A stretch of DNA of 64,000 nt from a virus (lineage: Duplodnaviria > Caudoviricetes), in the IMG/VR virus record IMGVR_UViG_3300029288_000056, positions 32,001 through 96,000 of that record; one strand, written 5' to 3'. Below are positions 28,440-38,421 of the stretch, one piece after another. Within the stretch, counting starts at the first letter, position 1. Each line of letters begins with the position of its first letter. The position numbers and the translations under genes are program-made. A model generated the notes under the pieces. It saw only the letters and a list, made by a program, of their open reading frames with translations. It made no database searches and had not been told where the DNA came from.

Positions 28440-29572
28440 CTATCCTCCAATAAACTAAACACGGTACTCTTTATCTTTTCAAAATCAATTCCACGCCAAC
28501 AGGGGGCGAATTCGGTCTTTTCCTTAAAGGCGCAATTTTCAACTTGGTGTAGACGACACGGATAACACGGATAATCAGACACTATATTTGTAACACTGTT
28601 ATTTTTAAGGAGTGTTGGCGGTATTACGCCTAGCCAAATTCCAACCGTCGGTATGTTTAATATGTTAGCGACGTGGATCGAAAGACTGTCGGAGCTCACA
28701 ACTACGTCGGCCAAAGACAGTAAAGAAATAGCGTCGCTCAACCTTGGTGTATTAGGTAAAAGAAAATTAGTATTACCATTAATCATGTCCATCATTACGT
28801 CTTTTTGAATGTACTGATACACCTGATCGGGTGTTGCTAGTATAATCACATTAGCGTTCTTTTTTGCAATTGTGTCTAAGAACTGCAATAGAAAGTCAGG
28901 TGGATAAGTCTTCATCGGTTTTGATGACGATAGTTGAAAAACAATCGTTGGTAGGTTGGGATCGCAATGTTCAGCTTTCCATTGTGACCATTTCCCAACA
29001 CTTACAACATCCAAATAAATATTAGGATTAGGAATATCATGTTTTGTCACATCGATCCCGGCAAAACTCGCGAAGTTTTCTATCGCATATCTATCGGGTA
29101 ATGCGGAGAGTTCGGGAATTGAGTGGTAATCAAATACGAACCCGCCTAATAATTTGTCGTATGGAATAGGTAACGGATAAGCCTTTACAAAGGGATGCTT
29201 AGTGAAAAGATCCAAGTACTGTTTACTGTGTACAATGGCTATTTGCGCGTTAGGGAAACGATCCTTCATAAAGCACATCGTCGGCTCTATATTTAAAAGA
29301 TCCCCCACCCCAGCACCGCTACGCATAAAAAAGATCTTACCATTATAACCATTAGGAATACTTTTGTAGGTCCTAATGAACTTAACGTCGGAACTTATCT
29401 TCAGGTCCTGTTTCCGGTTGTAAAGGTTAATAATATGGCCCACGTTATCTAACTGCCCAATGATGTTTAGTCCGTTTTGCAACTCGTGGTTCCGATAGTA
29501 GACGTCATCGGTTCTATCTACCAGTATAACTTCTGGTTTATCTTTGTACGAAAAACACATCCAAAAACTCAT
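28436..29572 (-). CDS. GT9-like glycosyltransferase
   Basis: GVGDLL, KTYP, DSLSIHVA.L.IP, CYPC. Confidence 0.8.
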   Translation of the reverse strand: MSFWMCFSYKDKPEVILVDRTDDVYYRNHELQNGLNIIGQLDNVGHIINLYNRKQDLKISSDVKFIRTYKSIPNGYNGKIFFMRSGAGVGDLLNIEPTMCFMKDRFPNAQIAIVHSKQYLDLFTKHPFVKAYPLPIPYDKLLGGFVFDYHSIPELSALPDRYAIENFASFAGIDVTKHDIPNPNIYLDVVSVGKWSQWKAEHCDPNLPTIVFQLSSSKPMKTYPPDFLLQFLDTIAKKNANVIILATPDQVYQYIQKDVMMDMINGNTNFLLPNTPRLSDAISLLSLADVVVSSDSLSIHVANILNIPTVGIWLGVIPPTLLKNNSVTNIVSDYPCYPCRLHQVENCAFKEKTEFAPCWRGIDFEKIKSTVFSLLEDR

Positions 29573-30153
29573 TTATCCACCTTTTCAAAAAATAAAGAAT
29601 TCTTTCTAACACTAGGGGTAACGGCGAGTGATTTTATCTTCACAGAATCGTCAGTTAATAGGTTAAAACCGTACGAACTCACCAATTCGATCCAGTACTT
29701 TTCTTCCTGTTCATTAATGTGACCGATCCCACCCTGCCCCGGCGTTGCTCCACTAAACCACAAATAATATCCACAATGGTCTGTGATGTTCTGTATCAAC
29801 TTATGCGTATCTTCCTTAGGGATATGTTCTATAACCTCTATACAAATAACTAAATCAAACTTCTTTTCTAAATTAAAAGGCTCTGAGGCATCAATAATAA
29901 GTTGTCTTTCTTTACAAAACGACAATTCTCCCATCTCGATCGGTTCAATACCCCACGCGTCAATTCCAAGTAGACTGGCCATTTTCGCAAAATAGTTTAC
30001 TCCGCAGCCGATCTCCAACAGCGACTTTGGATGATATTTGTCTATAACATACATTAAGGCGTCCCCGGAGTACAGACCTCTCTTTATTGTAAAGAGGTGG
30101 TCTTCTGGCTTCCAAGGGCCGCCTTGTTCTGGCGAAAGACTGATGTTACTCAC
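29569..30153 (-). CDS. SAM-dependent methyltransferase
   Basis: LEIGCG, FDLVICIEVIEHI, PGQGG.GHINEQ. Confidence 0.85.
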   Translation of the reverse strand: MSNISLSPEQGGPWKPEDHLFTIKRGLYSGDALMYVIDKYHPKSLLEIGCGVNYFAKMASLLGIDAWGIEPIEMGELSFCKERQLIIDASEPFNLEKKFDLVICIEVIEHIPKEDTHKLIQNITDHCGYYLWFSGATPGQGGIGHINEQEEKYWIELVSSYGFNLLTDDSVKIKSLAVTPSVRKNSLFFEKVDK

Positions 30154-30307
30154 TAATCTCCACCAGCGTTTCGTTATTCCATACTGTTTGTCCGCAATTC
30201 AGACAAGATACCTGAATGTTGATCTTACTATACTCTGTTATCTCACAGTCTATGTACTTGGCTTCAGATCTTTGATGACAAGATGGACACTCATTAATTA
30301 TAATCAT
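30146..30307 (-). CDS. Small zinc-ribbon protein (start revised)
   Basis: GAGG RBS; CPSC...CLNCG. Confidence 0.6.
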   Translation of the reverse strand: MIIINECPSCHQRSEAKYIDCEITEYSKINIQVSCLNCGQTVWNNETLVEISE

Positions 30308-30314
30308 ATTATCC

Positions 30315-30869
30315 TCACAATAAGTCTTTGTAAAAGAAATTCCAAACACCTTTTGTTTCTTTGGGTAGGTTGTTTCCCCCTGCGTTCCAATAGGCCGTCT
30401 GCATTTCACGTTTAAGAAACGGTCCCTTCTTTGGTGACGCCGCATACTTTTGCGCAAATTCTTGTAAAGTCATATTAGCGTAGGGTAAAAGAAAAAACTT
30501 TAAAAACCCAACTCTTTCCGTGTACGATAATGGCTTTACTAGTTTGATCCTTTTAGCTATCTCTTGAGTTACCGCCTCAACTACACCTTCAACCAATGGT
30601 ATAAAAAAACTCTGATTACTGTGGCCGAGTGAACTATGAATCAATTCGTGAAGGATCGAAGATTCGTATCCTTCTCTAACGTCGATCGTCATTGTTATAC
30701 GGTTAAAAGCACCGGCGGCGTTACCTCTATACCGTTTACTGACCCATTCTGTTTCACTCAAAACCCGCACCGATATGAACGAGGGAGGAATACCAATGTA
30801 GTCGGTCACCGCTTTAACTAGCGACATTAAGTCTGTGCTTCTAGTTATATCACGATAAGCGTTGAGCAT
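30315..30869 (-). CDS. Zincin (HExxH) metallopeptidase, minimal MLNA leader
   Basis: ILHELIH...VEGVVE. Confidence 0.75.
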   Translation of the reverse strand: MLNAYRDITRSTDLMSLVKAVTDYIGIPPSFISVRVLSETEWVSKRYRGNAAGAFNRITMTIDVREGYESSILHELIHSSLGHSNQSFFIPLVEGVVEAVTQEIAKRIKLVKPLSYTERVGFLKFFLLPYANMTLQEFAQKYAASPKKGPFLKREMQTAYWNAGGNNLPKETKGVWNFFYKDLL

Positions 30870-31260
30870 TAGTCTCCTCTTTGTGACAATCAGTACAAAG
30901 TGTAACGAAGTTTTCTACGTCACACTCTCCACCACCATCTTTTACCGCTAAAATGTGGTGTGCTTCCCAATGTAGGCCCTCTTGACGCGAGCTAACGCAC
31001 TGTCTACCGCACTTTGAGCAGAGTCCTTTATCGCGCAAAAAAACAACAAAGCGTAAGTACTCGTTGTCGGCCTTAATAAGGTATTCTTCCCAGTACTTTT
31101 CTTTGAACGCTTTTTTACATTCCTCAGAACAGAAGTCTTTCTTGCGTCTGTCCTCTACTGGGTTAGCGCACATCAAACAAAGATAGCGTCCGCCAATAAT
31201 GTAGCGGGTAAAACCCTTAAGCTTTAAGAAGTCGTTCCAACTGATATATCTATTCTTCAT
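30850..31260 (-). CDS. HNH endonuclease
   Basis: RDKGLCSKCG..AHHI..GG..N.VTLCTDCH. Confidence 0.85.
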   Translation of the reverse strand: MKNRYISWNDFLKLKGFTRYIIGGRYLCLMCANPVEDRRKKDFCSEECKKAFKEKYWEEYLIKADNEYLRFVVFLRDKGLCSKCGRQCVSSRQEGLHWEAHHILAVKDGGGECDVENFVTLCTDCHKEETNAQRLS

Positions 31261-31486
31261 CCGAAATGTTTTCTAAAAACTCCGCAAGTTTGCTAGCCTT
31301 CTTGCGGCCCTTTCTCTTCTTTTTAACGTTATTCGCCGAGGTATAGGCCGTAGAAAAAGCCCGACCCTCATCACCATTATATTCATCGTAAGCACTATTG
31401 AAAGTTTCTAAGAAAGCTTTTTGCTCTCTTTTATTGTACTTCTCTTTAACGGAATCAGGTAAATCCGATACAGATTTGTAAGGCAT
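31250..31486 (-). CDS. chaB: ChaB-family protein with C-terminal tag B
   Basis: MPYKSVSDLPDSVK..FLETFNSAY..E.RAF..AY; ends KKASKLAEFLE. Confidence 0.85.
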   Translation of the reverse strand: MPYKSVSDLPDSVKEKYNKREQKAFLETFNSAYDEYNGDEGRAFSTAYTSANNVKKKRKGRKKASKLAEFLENISDEE

Positions 31487-31530
31487 AGTTTATCCTTATT
31501 ATAAGAGATTAAAACTGATGTTAATTAGGT

Positions 31531-31779
31531 TCAGGAATATTTTTTATCAAAACGGGAGCGGAGGTGCATCATTACAAAGTTGTACCCTGTTTCGGGGTGG
31601 TGAGGAAGAAAGCACTCACTGCAATCTTTGAGACCGTTGTCTAGATTGTAGGTTCCGGGACATTCCCAGTTATACAACGCACATAGGCAAAACATGCAAT
31701 TCATCTCGGTAACGCCTTCTGGGAGTTTATGACACGGGTAATGAGGACACGATTTATTACTAAAGAAGCGTTCACTCAT
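31531..31779 (-). CDS. Cysteine-rich small domain protein
   Basis: CPHYPCH..NCMFCLCALY..KDCSEC..PH. Confidence 0.8.
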   Translation of the reverse strand: MSERFFSNKSCPHYPCHKLPEGVTEMNCMFCLCALYNWECPGTYNLDNGLKDCSECFLPHHPETGYNFVMMHLRSRFDKKYS

Positions 31780-32641
31780 CCCTATCACCACTACCTTCCG
31801 GGGCTACTTCCTTTTTATCACACGCGCACTCCGCACACTGACATTCGCCCTGCCCGTAGTTGTCCTTACGATCTTTAATAGCTTTTTGTAGGGCCATTCC
31901 TATGTCTAAGGCAAATTCCTCGTCGGAGCGAAGCAAATCCATGCGCCATGTGGTTTCGGTACCCGGCGATACATTATTAATATCGTCACCTAACGGACTA
32001 ATGTTCATGCTCCCCATTCCTTCACAGGCTTTGTCAAATATATACATCAGGTCCTCATCGGACATATCGTCAATTTCGGGGATATCTCCCGTATCAATCT
32101 GCTCGTGGATAACCATTCTAATCGTTGCTGCGTTTAAAAACGTATTAAGTTTACTCATTTTTCTCACATCCTTATTTGCTGCCATTTTTTCATAACGTCC
32201 CTTTGCGTCATTAAGCTGTTGTTCGGTAAACATGGGGGTCTTGAGACTGTAGGAATAATAGACGGCGGGACTCATATCCTTCCAATCATAACCTTTCCTG
32301 CTTGGTAAGCGGGTGTGTTGTATGTTTGGATCGTTGAAGAACTTCTCCCAAAGACCCTGTGCCTCATCTGAAGTTGTCGAGGAGACATCTGATGCAATCC
32401 TCCCGAATACCTGCATTGCGATAAGGTACGCGAGTGCTCCGTAGCCGTGCACCCCGTAACCGCCCTGCACCGTCCAATAACCACCTTTGTGCCACAGAGT
32501 AACACGGGCAGCCCAATCTTCGCCACGCTCATGGATGCCGGGAGCGTAAAGATAAATCCTTTTCCATGAGCCCGAAGAACCTGCGTTATCGATATACAGG
32601 CCCACATCCTCAATGCGGGCCATACTTGCGTCTAGTCTCAA
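31772..32641 (-). CDS. GNAT-like domain, internal tag B, acidic module (start revised to TTG 32641)
   Basis: MRLDAS; GYGALAYLIAM..SDEAQGLWEKF; MSKLNTFLNA (ATG at 32158). Confidence 0.7.
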   Translation of the reverse strand: MRLDASMARIEDVGLYIDNAGSSGSWKRIYLYAPGIHERGEDWAARVTLWHKGGYWTVQGGYGVHGYGALAYLIAMQVFGRIASDVSSTTSDEAQGLWEKFFNDPNIQHTRLPSRKGYDWKDMSPAVYYSYSLKTPMFTEQQLNDAKGRYEKMAANKDVRKMSKLNTFLNAATIRMVIHEQIDTGDIPEIDDMSDEDLMYIFDKACEGMGSMNISPLGDDINNVSPGTETTWRMDLLRSDEEFALDIGMALQKAIKDRKDNYGQGECQCAECACDKKEVAPEGSGDRDE

Positions 32642-33399
32642 AACTTCCACCCCGATTCTAGGAGATCCTTTTGTAGTTGAGTGAAGCTTCTTAAAATACC
32701 AACGAAAGTAGATCGTAGTTCGTCGGACACGTTCTTGTGGATAGTCTCCAAAGTCAGCGCACAAGTCATCACGAAGCTAGCAAAGACTGAGGTGAATTCA
32801 TTCATATTAAACTCTACGTCAACTCCGACATCGAACTCGCTAATGGCCTTCCTGTACAGTAGTTCTATCGCAGTGAATTGGCTCTTTAGATTCTCATAGT
32901 TACCACTGCTGGCTAGTTCGTTAAAACCGTTAATTATTGGCGGGCCGAAAGACTCAATAATGATCTTGGCGGTCTCTAGTTTGTCGAGATTTTCGGTCGG
33001 TGACGATTCTACCGTTTTGTCACCTGCACTCCATCCTAAGTCTACAACTTCTTGTCTGAAGGCGACGAAGTCTCCCATTTTACGCATTAACGAATGAGTC
33101 GCTGTAGTATCGGGAATCTGATTAAAGATACTCACGCATTTAGTCATCATCTCGGCGAAGTCTTCGTTAAACTGTCGACTGTTGAACTCTACGTCCACAT
33201 TAACTCTAAGGTCTTGGAGAGCGGCCTGATAACTTTGTTCTGCGGATTCTATTTGTGGCAACAATCCGTTAAACCCACTGTTGGCCACTTCATGTAAAGC
33301 CTCAAAGGTCGGCGGCATGTACTTCTCTAGAATCTCGGCCATCTTCATTATCTTGTCCGCGTTTTGTGCGGCAGTCAGAAAGTCTGTTAGTTTACTCAT
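32638..33399 (-). CDS. Helical protein with internal duplication, tag B
   Basis: MSKLTDFLTA; two copies of PP..E.A.SG..V.VDVEFN..C..GW. Confidence 0.8.
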   Translation of the reverse strand: MSKLTDFLTAAQNADKIMKMAEILEKYMPPTFEALHEVANSGFNGLLPQIESAEQSYQAALQDLRVNVDVEFNSRQFNEDFAEMMTKCVSIFNQIPDTTATHSLMRKMGDFVAFRQEVVDLGWSAGDKTVESSPTENLDKLETAKIIIESFGPPIINGFNELASSGNYENLKSQFTAIELLYRKAISEFDVGVDVEFNMNEFTSVFASFVMTCALTLETIHKNVSDELRSTFVGILRSFTQLQKDLLESGWKF

Positions 33400-33878
33400 T
33401 TTACTCCTAAAAGTTTTTCTATTGTTTGTCTTGTCTGTGGGTGAAGTTGTAACTTTGGACCGTGAACCTCATACCACCTCTTTGTGTTTGGCGTCCCTTG
33501 TACTCTACCTGCGCCTATCCAGTCTGCTACCATTTCCTTACATACGTTGAGCGGCATTTCGACTGTACTACAGGTCGGTCCGTTCTCGTCTTCGTCCAAC
33601 GGTATGATCCAATACTGCCAGTGGTGATCATTGCGCTTCTGATGTAAGAACCAAGCATAATCGAAATTTGGATCTATAAGTGTGTCTTCACTCTTGTAAT
33701 AACCGGTTGCCCCCCTCTTTACGTCGTTAAAGAAGTGCCTCGCATAAGGAATGAATTCGCTGGGGCGAAACTTAGAAAGATCGTGTGTGATTCCGCGCCA
33801 CCAAATGCCTAACCTACAGCAAGCAAGAAATACGAACCACTTGTGTTTTAAAATATACTTCAAATTCTTTAGGTACAT
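33396..33878 (-). CDS. HD-fold DUF5662-like protein
   Basis: HKW, HDLSKF, HQKRNDHHWQYW, EMVADW. Confidence 0.8.
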   Translation of the reverse strand: MYLKNLKYILKHKWFVFLACCRLGIWWRGITHDLSKFRPSEFIPYARHFFNDVKRGATGYYKSEDTLIDPNFDYAWFLHQKRNDHHWQYWIIPLDEDENGPTCSTVEMPLNVCKEMVADWIGAGRVQGTPNTKRWYEVHGPKLQLHPQTRQTIEKLLGVK

Positions 33879-33879
33879 T

Positions 33880-35034
33880 CTACCCTCCTGCGTACTTATA
33901 TTCAAAAAATTCAGTGGCCATATCGCTCATGAAAGTCTTCACGCCAGCACCATAATTTACTTTTTTTAGAATAATCCCTATCTTTTCAAGGGCCTGATTG
34001 CTTAAGCTATACATTGGCGCAGTGTTGATGATATTTTGATTAGTGGTATAGTAATAGTTAACACACTCACTACCTATATCTTCACCACGATCATGCGCTT
34101 GAATAACGGGGTTAAGCTTTTGACTGTCTTTTAAGAAGTGTTGCCAAACATTCAACGCGTCTTCATCTGTCTCGCCATCCATGTCTGAGGCTAGTCCCTT
34201 TCCTTTTGCTGTGGCGTCTTGCATTACAATGATGTAAAGGCTGGGACCCAATTTCTTTTTAGCGGCCGACTCTTCGACGGTATAGAACTTAGGCTTCCGC
34301 TCTATATTAAGAACGGCGCCGATTGTGTCTTGAAAATAACTTATGAAACCGTTATCCGTCTCAAACTCGTCGTCGGCTCGGTTAAGAACATCCTGAGCGT
34401 CGTATAGTATGAAGGTCTGGCTATAATCATCGTCCGGCCCGGTGTAAAGGCCTAACCCCTGCGGATTAGCCATCTTAGCTTCTAGACGGTTATAAGACAA
34501 ATAAGACATAGATGCTTTAAAACGAGGGACATATCGTTCATCAAAGAAACCAAAGCCAACATCGACCAAATCTTTATTGCTGATAGTTTTAACATCATTT
34601 ACTAAGGCTTGGCTGATTGAGATAACCTGTTGTTTCGCAGCATAAGCATAAGAGAGATAATCCCGGTCACTGTCTCTTATTTTAATAAGATTGAGAGGGC
34701 CATTACCATCTACGTTGTCATCGTAGAATCTCTTCCAAACTCTTTGCGCGGCGTCACTAGGCCAGTATGATGGAGCAAGCCCAACCGCTCCGGAGTCTTG
34801 AATAGCTATCATATATATAGAAGGGCCAAAGTCGTACTCCGCCCCTCCATCATCCACCATCCAGAATGTTTTATTATCATCATTCGTTACCTTAGATGTA
34901 CTGACAAAACCACGCACAGAATCAACAAGAAATTTAGATATCATCGTATCATAGAGAATGTATTGTCTTTCCGATCCATGTTTAACGATTCGTAAAGCCA
35001 GTTTGCCTATGGACTTGAAATACGCGTTTAGCAT
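33880..35034 (-). CDS. Tandem GNAT-like domains with Ala-site linker
   Basis: MLNA; FGPSIY..SDAAQRVWKRF; FKAS..RLEA; LGPSLY..DALNVWQHF. Confidence 0.75.
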   Translation of the reverse strand: MLNAYFKSIGKLALRIVKHGSERQYILYDTMISKFLVDSVRGFVSTSKVTNDDNKTFWMVDDGGAEYDFGPSIYMIAIQDSGAVGLAPSYWPSDAAQRVWKRFYDDNVDGNGPLNLIKIRDSDRDYLSYAYAAKQQVISISQALVNDVKTISNKDLVDVGFGFFDERYVPRFKASMSYLSYNRLEAKMANPQGLGLYTGPDDDYSQTFILYDAQDVLNRADDEFETDNGFISYFQDTIGAVLNIERKPKFYTVEESAAKKKLGPSLYIIVMQDATAKGKGLASDMDGETDEDALNVWQHFLKDSQKLNPVIQAHDRGEDIGSECVNYYYTTNQNIINTAPMYSLSNQALEKIGIILKKVNYGAGVKTFMSDMATEFFEYKYAGG

Positions 35035-35972
35035 TTAATCACCTTTACTTTTGGAACAATCCCTAATATGTATGCAATATCCATTCGGGTGTTTCCACTC
35101 ATAACTCTAAACTGACCTTTTATGTCTAAGATCAACGGATAGGGAAGTGCAACACCAATCTTCATCTTATTTACCAAGTCGTCAACATCGCGCGGATGCC
35201 TGTAGTTAGAGGTTAGATCTTTGAGTTCATCTAATGTGCGGCAGCGGCTGCGATAACTTGTTTGTGAGTCTAAAGACTCGATCCAATCTACAACCGTTGC
35301 GGACTTTACTTGTTGTTTAAATTCGTCAAAGCCTTTAAACAGATCACCGAAGGCCGGTTGAACATGAGGTAGGTACTCCCAATCCCATTCTTGGCGGATT
35401 TGCTCGTCAGTGAGATCGCACCAATTAGATTGCGCAGCTCGCAGAAACATAGAGAGTTTATTTGCCGTTTTTTGCGTATTATATGGATTATTCATCCAAT
35501 CCCTTCTTCTGACCCAACTACTAATTATATTATAATCTGAGCCAATAAAATCACGAGGAATTTCATGGCATGCTATCATTTTAATAGGGACAAACAGTTC
35601 ACCATCAGTACCAACATATTTACTTTCTATTGAATTTAAAAACCTATCCCCTACAGGAATACCCTCAAACACTTGAATAAAACCCATTGAGTAGTTTAGG
35701 GAAAATAACATGATCTTATCATCCACGGTTAAATCAGAGGATGGTGCGTCCATATTATAACCGAACAATGTCTTAGGTGGAGTTGGGAGTTGCCAGCCAT
35801 GATCTGTCTCTACCAATAAGTCAGCAATATCACCAAAGGCTAGTTCAGCTTCTTCTTTGGTTTTAAAAACATTAAATCCCCAAGGACCCGCTTCCCCGCC
35901 TAACTCCTCTTCCCAATCATAGTATGATTGTTCATCGGGGATGGGGTCTATGTCACAACGGATAAAAATCAT
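35028..35972 (-). CDS. Domain X, tag B, ParB/Srx-like domain
   Basis: IFIRCD..QSYYD..TPPKTLFG; TANKLSMFLRA; PLIL..VMSGNTR. Confidence 0.75.
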   Translation of the reverse strand: MIFIRCDIDPIPDEQSYYDWEEELGGEAGPWGFNVFKTKEEAELAFGDIADLLVETDHGWQLPTPPKTLFGYNMDAPSSDLTVDDKIMLFSLNYSMGFIQVFEGIPVGDRFLNSIESKYVGTDGELFVPIKMIACHEIPRDFIGSDYNIISSWVRRRDWMNNPYNTQKTANKLSMFLRAAQSNWCDLTDEQIRQEWDWEYLPHVQPAFGDLFKGFDEFKQQVKSATVVDWIESLDSQTSYRSRCRTLDELKDLTSNYRHPRDVDDLVNKMKIGVALPYPLILDIKGQFRVMSGNTRMDIAYILGIVPKVKVIKC

Positions 35973-36547
35973 TCTATTCCTCTTAAAAACGCGCTGAGTT
36001 TGTTGGCTGATAATTGCAAGTTATACACATGCCCCCAAACCAATTGACATTTATAATCTCCCGGATATAAGATATATTCCAATTCACTGCTACCAATTCC
36101 CTCTGAATTATCGATCCTCTCACACAAATGCATATGTTGCAGTTCTTCTTTAAACTCTTCGTATAAGGCACCCACATTAACAGCGATCTTGGATGGATCT
36201 ATAATCGTCTTAATAATACATCCGTTTCCATCACTATCATCCACAAAAACCGCTGCCACTGTTTGTTCTTCTGTCCATGAAGTAAATCTATCGTCGTGGT
36301 ACGTTAAAGTTGTATCTCCCGCTCTAATCCATCCACCAGAAGTTAAGTTTTCGTGTATATATTCTTTACTTAATTTTGGTGCGGTTAGGGAAATATTTGA
36401 CTCCCACGTAGTTAATCCTCTATATAGACTTACATCACTAGTCAGCGTAAATCTCTTAGACAACTCAATAAGCTCCGGACTTATCTTGTACTCTATACCC
36501 TCTACCCAACGATAGAGAGATTCTAATGCGCTATTGGAGTCTATCAT
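35969..36547 (-). CDS. R-S-E-type ADP-ribosyltransferase with C-terminal tag B
   Basis: LYRG, FTSWT, ELEYIL; ends SANKLSAFLRGIE. Confidence 0.8.
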   Translation of the reverse strand: MIDSNSALESLYRWVEGIEYKISPELIELSKRFTLTSDVSLYRGLTTWESNISLTAPKLSKEYIHENLTSGGWIRAGDTTLTYHDDRFTSWTEEQTVAAVFVDDSDGNGCIIKTIIDPSKIAVNVGALYEEFKEELQHMHLCERIDNSEGIGSSELEYILYPGDYKCQLVWGHVYNLQLSANKLSAFLRGIE

Positions 36548-38420
36548 AATTATCACCTAAAAGAAATAGTCTCAGTTTTTCGGCCGCTAATTGGTCTTTG
36601 AGTGGATCTACTATGGATTGTATATACACTTTTAGGCCGTTTTGAATATAGTCAACCAATTCTTGTAGTGTTGAAAACCGTTCTTTCTTTTCTGCTAATT
36701 GTTTACCCCGACCGATATTAGAGTCCACATTCACTTCTAGATTATTTTCAACGAACACCTGAATATTGGGATACCATCTATCATGTGCAAGAGGTGAATT
36801 TACAAAGCCTAGCGCGAATCCGGGGGTCTTATTCCAATTCCGCTCAAGCTTACAATTAAACTGCTGTGCGAGGCTCTGGGCGGTCTCTTTAACGATCTTA
36901 CTAAGATCCACTTCGTTAGTCCAGTTGCCCATTATATCCACTAGCTCAACAGGATAACTACCGGGTTTTAATATGTATTCATCTTGATCAAACTGTAAAT
37001 AAGCTCTAACCGGAGCCGGTAGCTTTCCAATTGGGACCGCAATCATTTCGGGAGACACAGTTGTTTTAAATAACAGTCCTAAAGACCCCTCGTCTAAAAT
37101 TGCTCCTCCAAATCCACCCATAAACCTTCCCATAAACTCCTTGGCAACATTTTGGGAAGAAGACCAAGACTGGTACTTTCCCGTCTCATAGACTGAGCGC
37201 TCACCAACCGTTGGTGTTAGTTTAAACTTGCGTAAGATTTGTCTCATTTGGACTATATCAAAGCCGAGTCCACGGTAGAGTATCGTAGGAGATGTTGGTA
37301 GAAAGGGCTTAAAGTACTCAGAAACACGAGTATCTAACATTCTCCCTGCCGATTGATTATAGCGCTTAATCTCATCTAGTACCCATATTGGAATACTTTG
37401 GACTTCCGGAGAAAGAACGGTTTCCCAATCTCCTACAAACTTTTCTAGTTTGTAAGTTCCTTTACTATAAAGTGCACTGATCAAATACTTGTCTTGAGAG
37501 TCATTAAATAATTGCTGTGTTTCCTGAGGAAGGTCACAAAGCGGGCAACAAAGGTATTGAATAGGATGTGTGATCGTTGTGCTGTAGAGAACGCCCAAGT
37601 ACTTTCCTTGTGATATTCTTTGCCATCCGGCCATCGCCGCTTCTTCTGAAATGTACCAAACATCCCTATCGGGATTGTTGAGGAATGGCCATAATCGTTC
37701 CTCGGCATCTCCTATCTTATTGTTCTCTGTAAACTTTTTAGCTCTCTGAAATTCTTTAGGCTCTATATGATAAAGAGTCCGATCTTGAGTATAAGACATA
37801 AAATATTTGATAACTTCTTCGTCGTAAGGCTCAAAAAAACGTCTGTCGTTCCAATATTTCGCAGTGGACTTAAGCTTATCCTCGAAAGTCACGGTTTCGG
37901 CCTGCAAGAATCTAGTTAACGCCGCAGCCTTTTGTGTAAATGGATTTATTGAAAAAGTACCAGTTCTCGCCCAATCTATTAGAGCTGATGTTTTTAAAAA
38001 ATTATCAGGTATTTTGTAGCAGTACAACATTTTAATTGGCACAAACAGCTCGCCGTCTGTCATTATAGATTTATCTACGATTGAGAAGTAAAGTGAGTCA
38101 CCTACTGGGTATCCTTCCCAAACTTGTAGATAGCCACCCGGCTGAAAGTAGAAGTGTTCCATCGGTATATCAGCAACCCAACCAAATAAAGTATTTGGAG
38201 GCGTAGCTATTTGCCAACCCCTTTTTGTATGCACTATTAACTTTTCCAATAGCTCTGCGGTGGCTCTGGTCTTATTGGTAAAAGCCTCTATAAGCTCTTC
38301 TTTTGTTTCAAAATAATTAGCGGCGCTCCATAAACCCTCTTTACCTCCAATATAACTGGTCCAATCATAATAAGACTGTTTATCTGGTATAGGGTCTCTA
38401 TCGCTGCGTAAAAATATCAT
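36531..38420 (-). CDS. Domain X, tag B, degenerate ART, R-S-E ART, extra module, C-terminal tag B
   Basis: AAALTRFLQA; LYRG..YQSWS..QDEYIL; ends AAEKLRLFLLG. Confidence 0.8.
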   Translation of the reverse strand: MIFLRSDRDPIPDKQSYYDWTSYIGGKEGLWSAANYFETKEELIEAFTNKTRATAELLEKLIVHTKRGWQIATPPNTLFGWVADIPMEHFYFQPGGYLQVWEGYPVGDSLYFSIVDKSIMTDGELFVPIKMLYCYKIPDNFLKTSALIDWARTGTFSINPFTQKAAALTRFLQAETVTFEDKLKSTAKYWNDRRFFEPYDEEVIKYFMSYTQDRTLYHIEPKEFQRAKKFTENNKIGDAEERLWPFLNNPDRDVWYISEEAAMAGWQRISQGKYLGVLYSTTITHPIQYLCCPLCDLPQETQQLFNDSQDKYLISALYSKGTYKLEKFVGDWETVLSPEVQSIPIWVLDEIKRYNQSAGRMLDTRVSEYFKPFLPTSPTILYRGLGFDIVQMRQILRKFKLTPTVGERSVYETGKYQSWSSSQNVAKEFMGRFMGGFGGAILDEGSLGLLFKTTVSPEMIAVPIGKLPAPVRAYLQFDQDEYILKPGSYPVELVDIMGNWTNEVDLSKIVKETAQSLAQQFNCKLERNWNKTPGFALGFVNSPLAHDRWYPNIQVFVENNLEVNVDSNIGRGKQLAEKKERFSTLQELVDYIQNGLKVYIQSIVDPLKDQLAAEKLRLFLLGDNYDRLQ

Positions 38421-38421
38421 T

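Noticed and set aside
31498-31524. TTAACA-N15-TATAAT as a sigma70 promoter for chaB
   Set aside because: Spacer is short and the start site would fall at or after the RBS; kept only as part of the CTAATWA motif observation.
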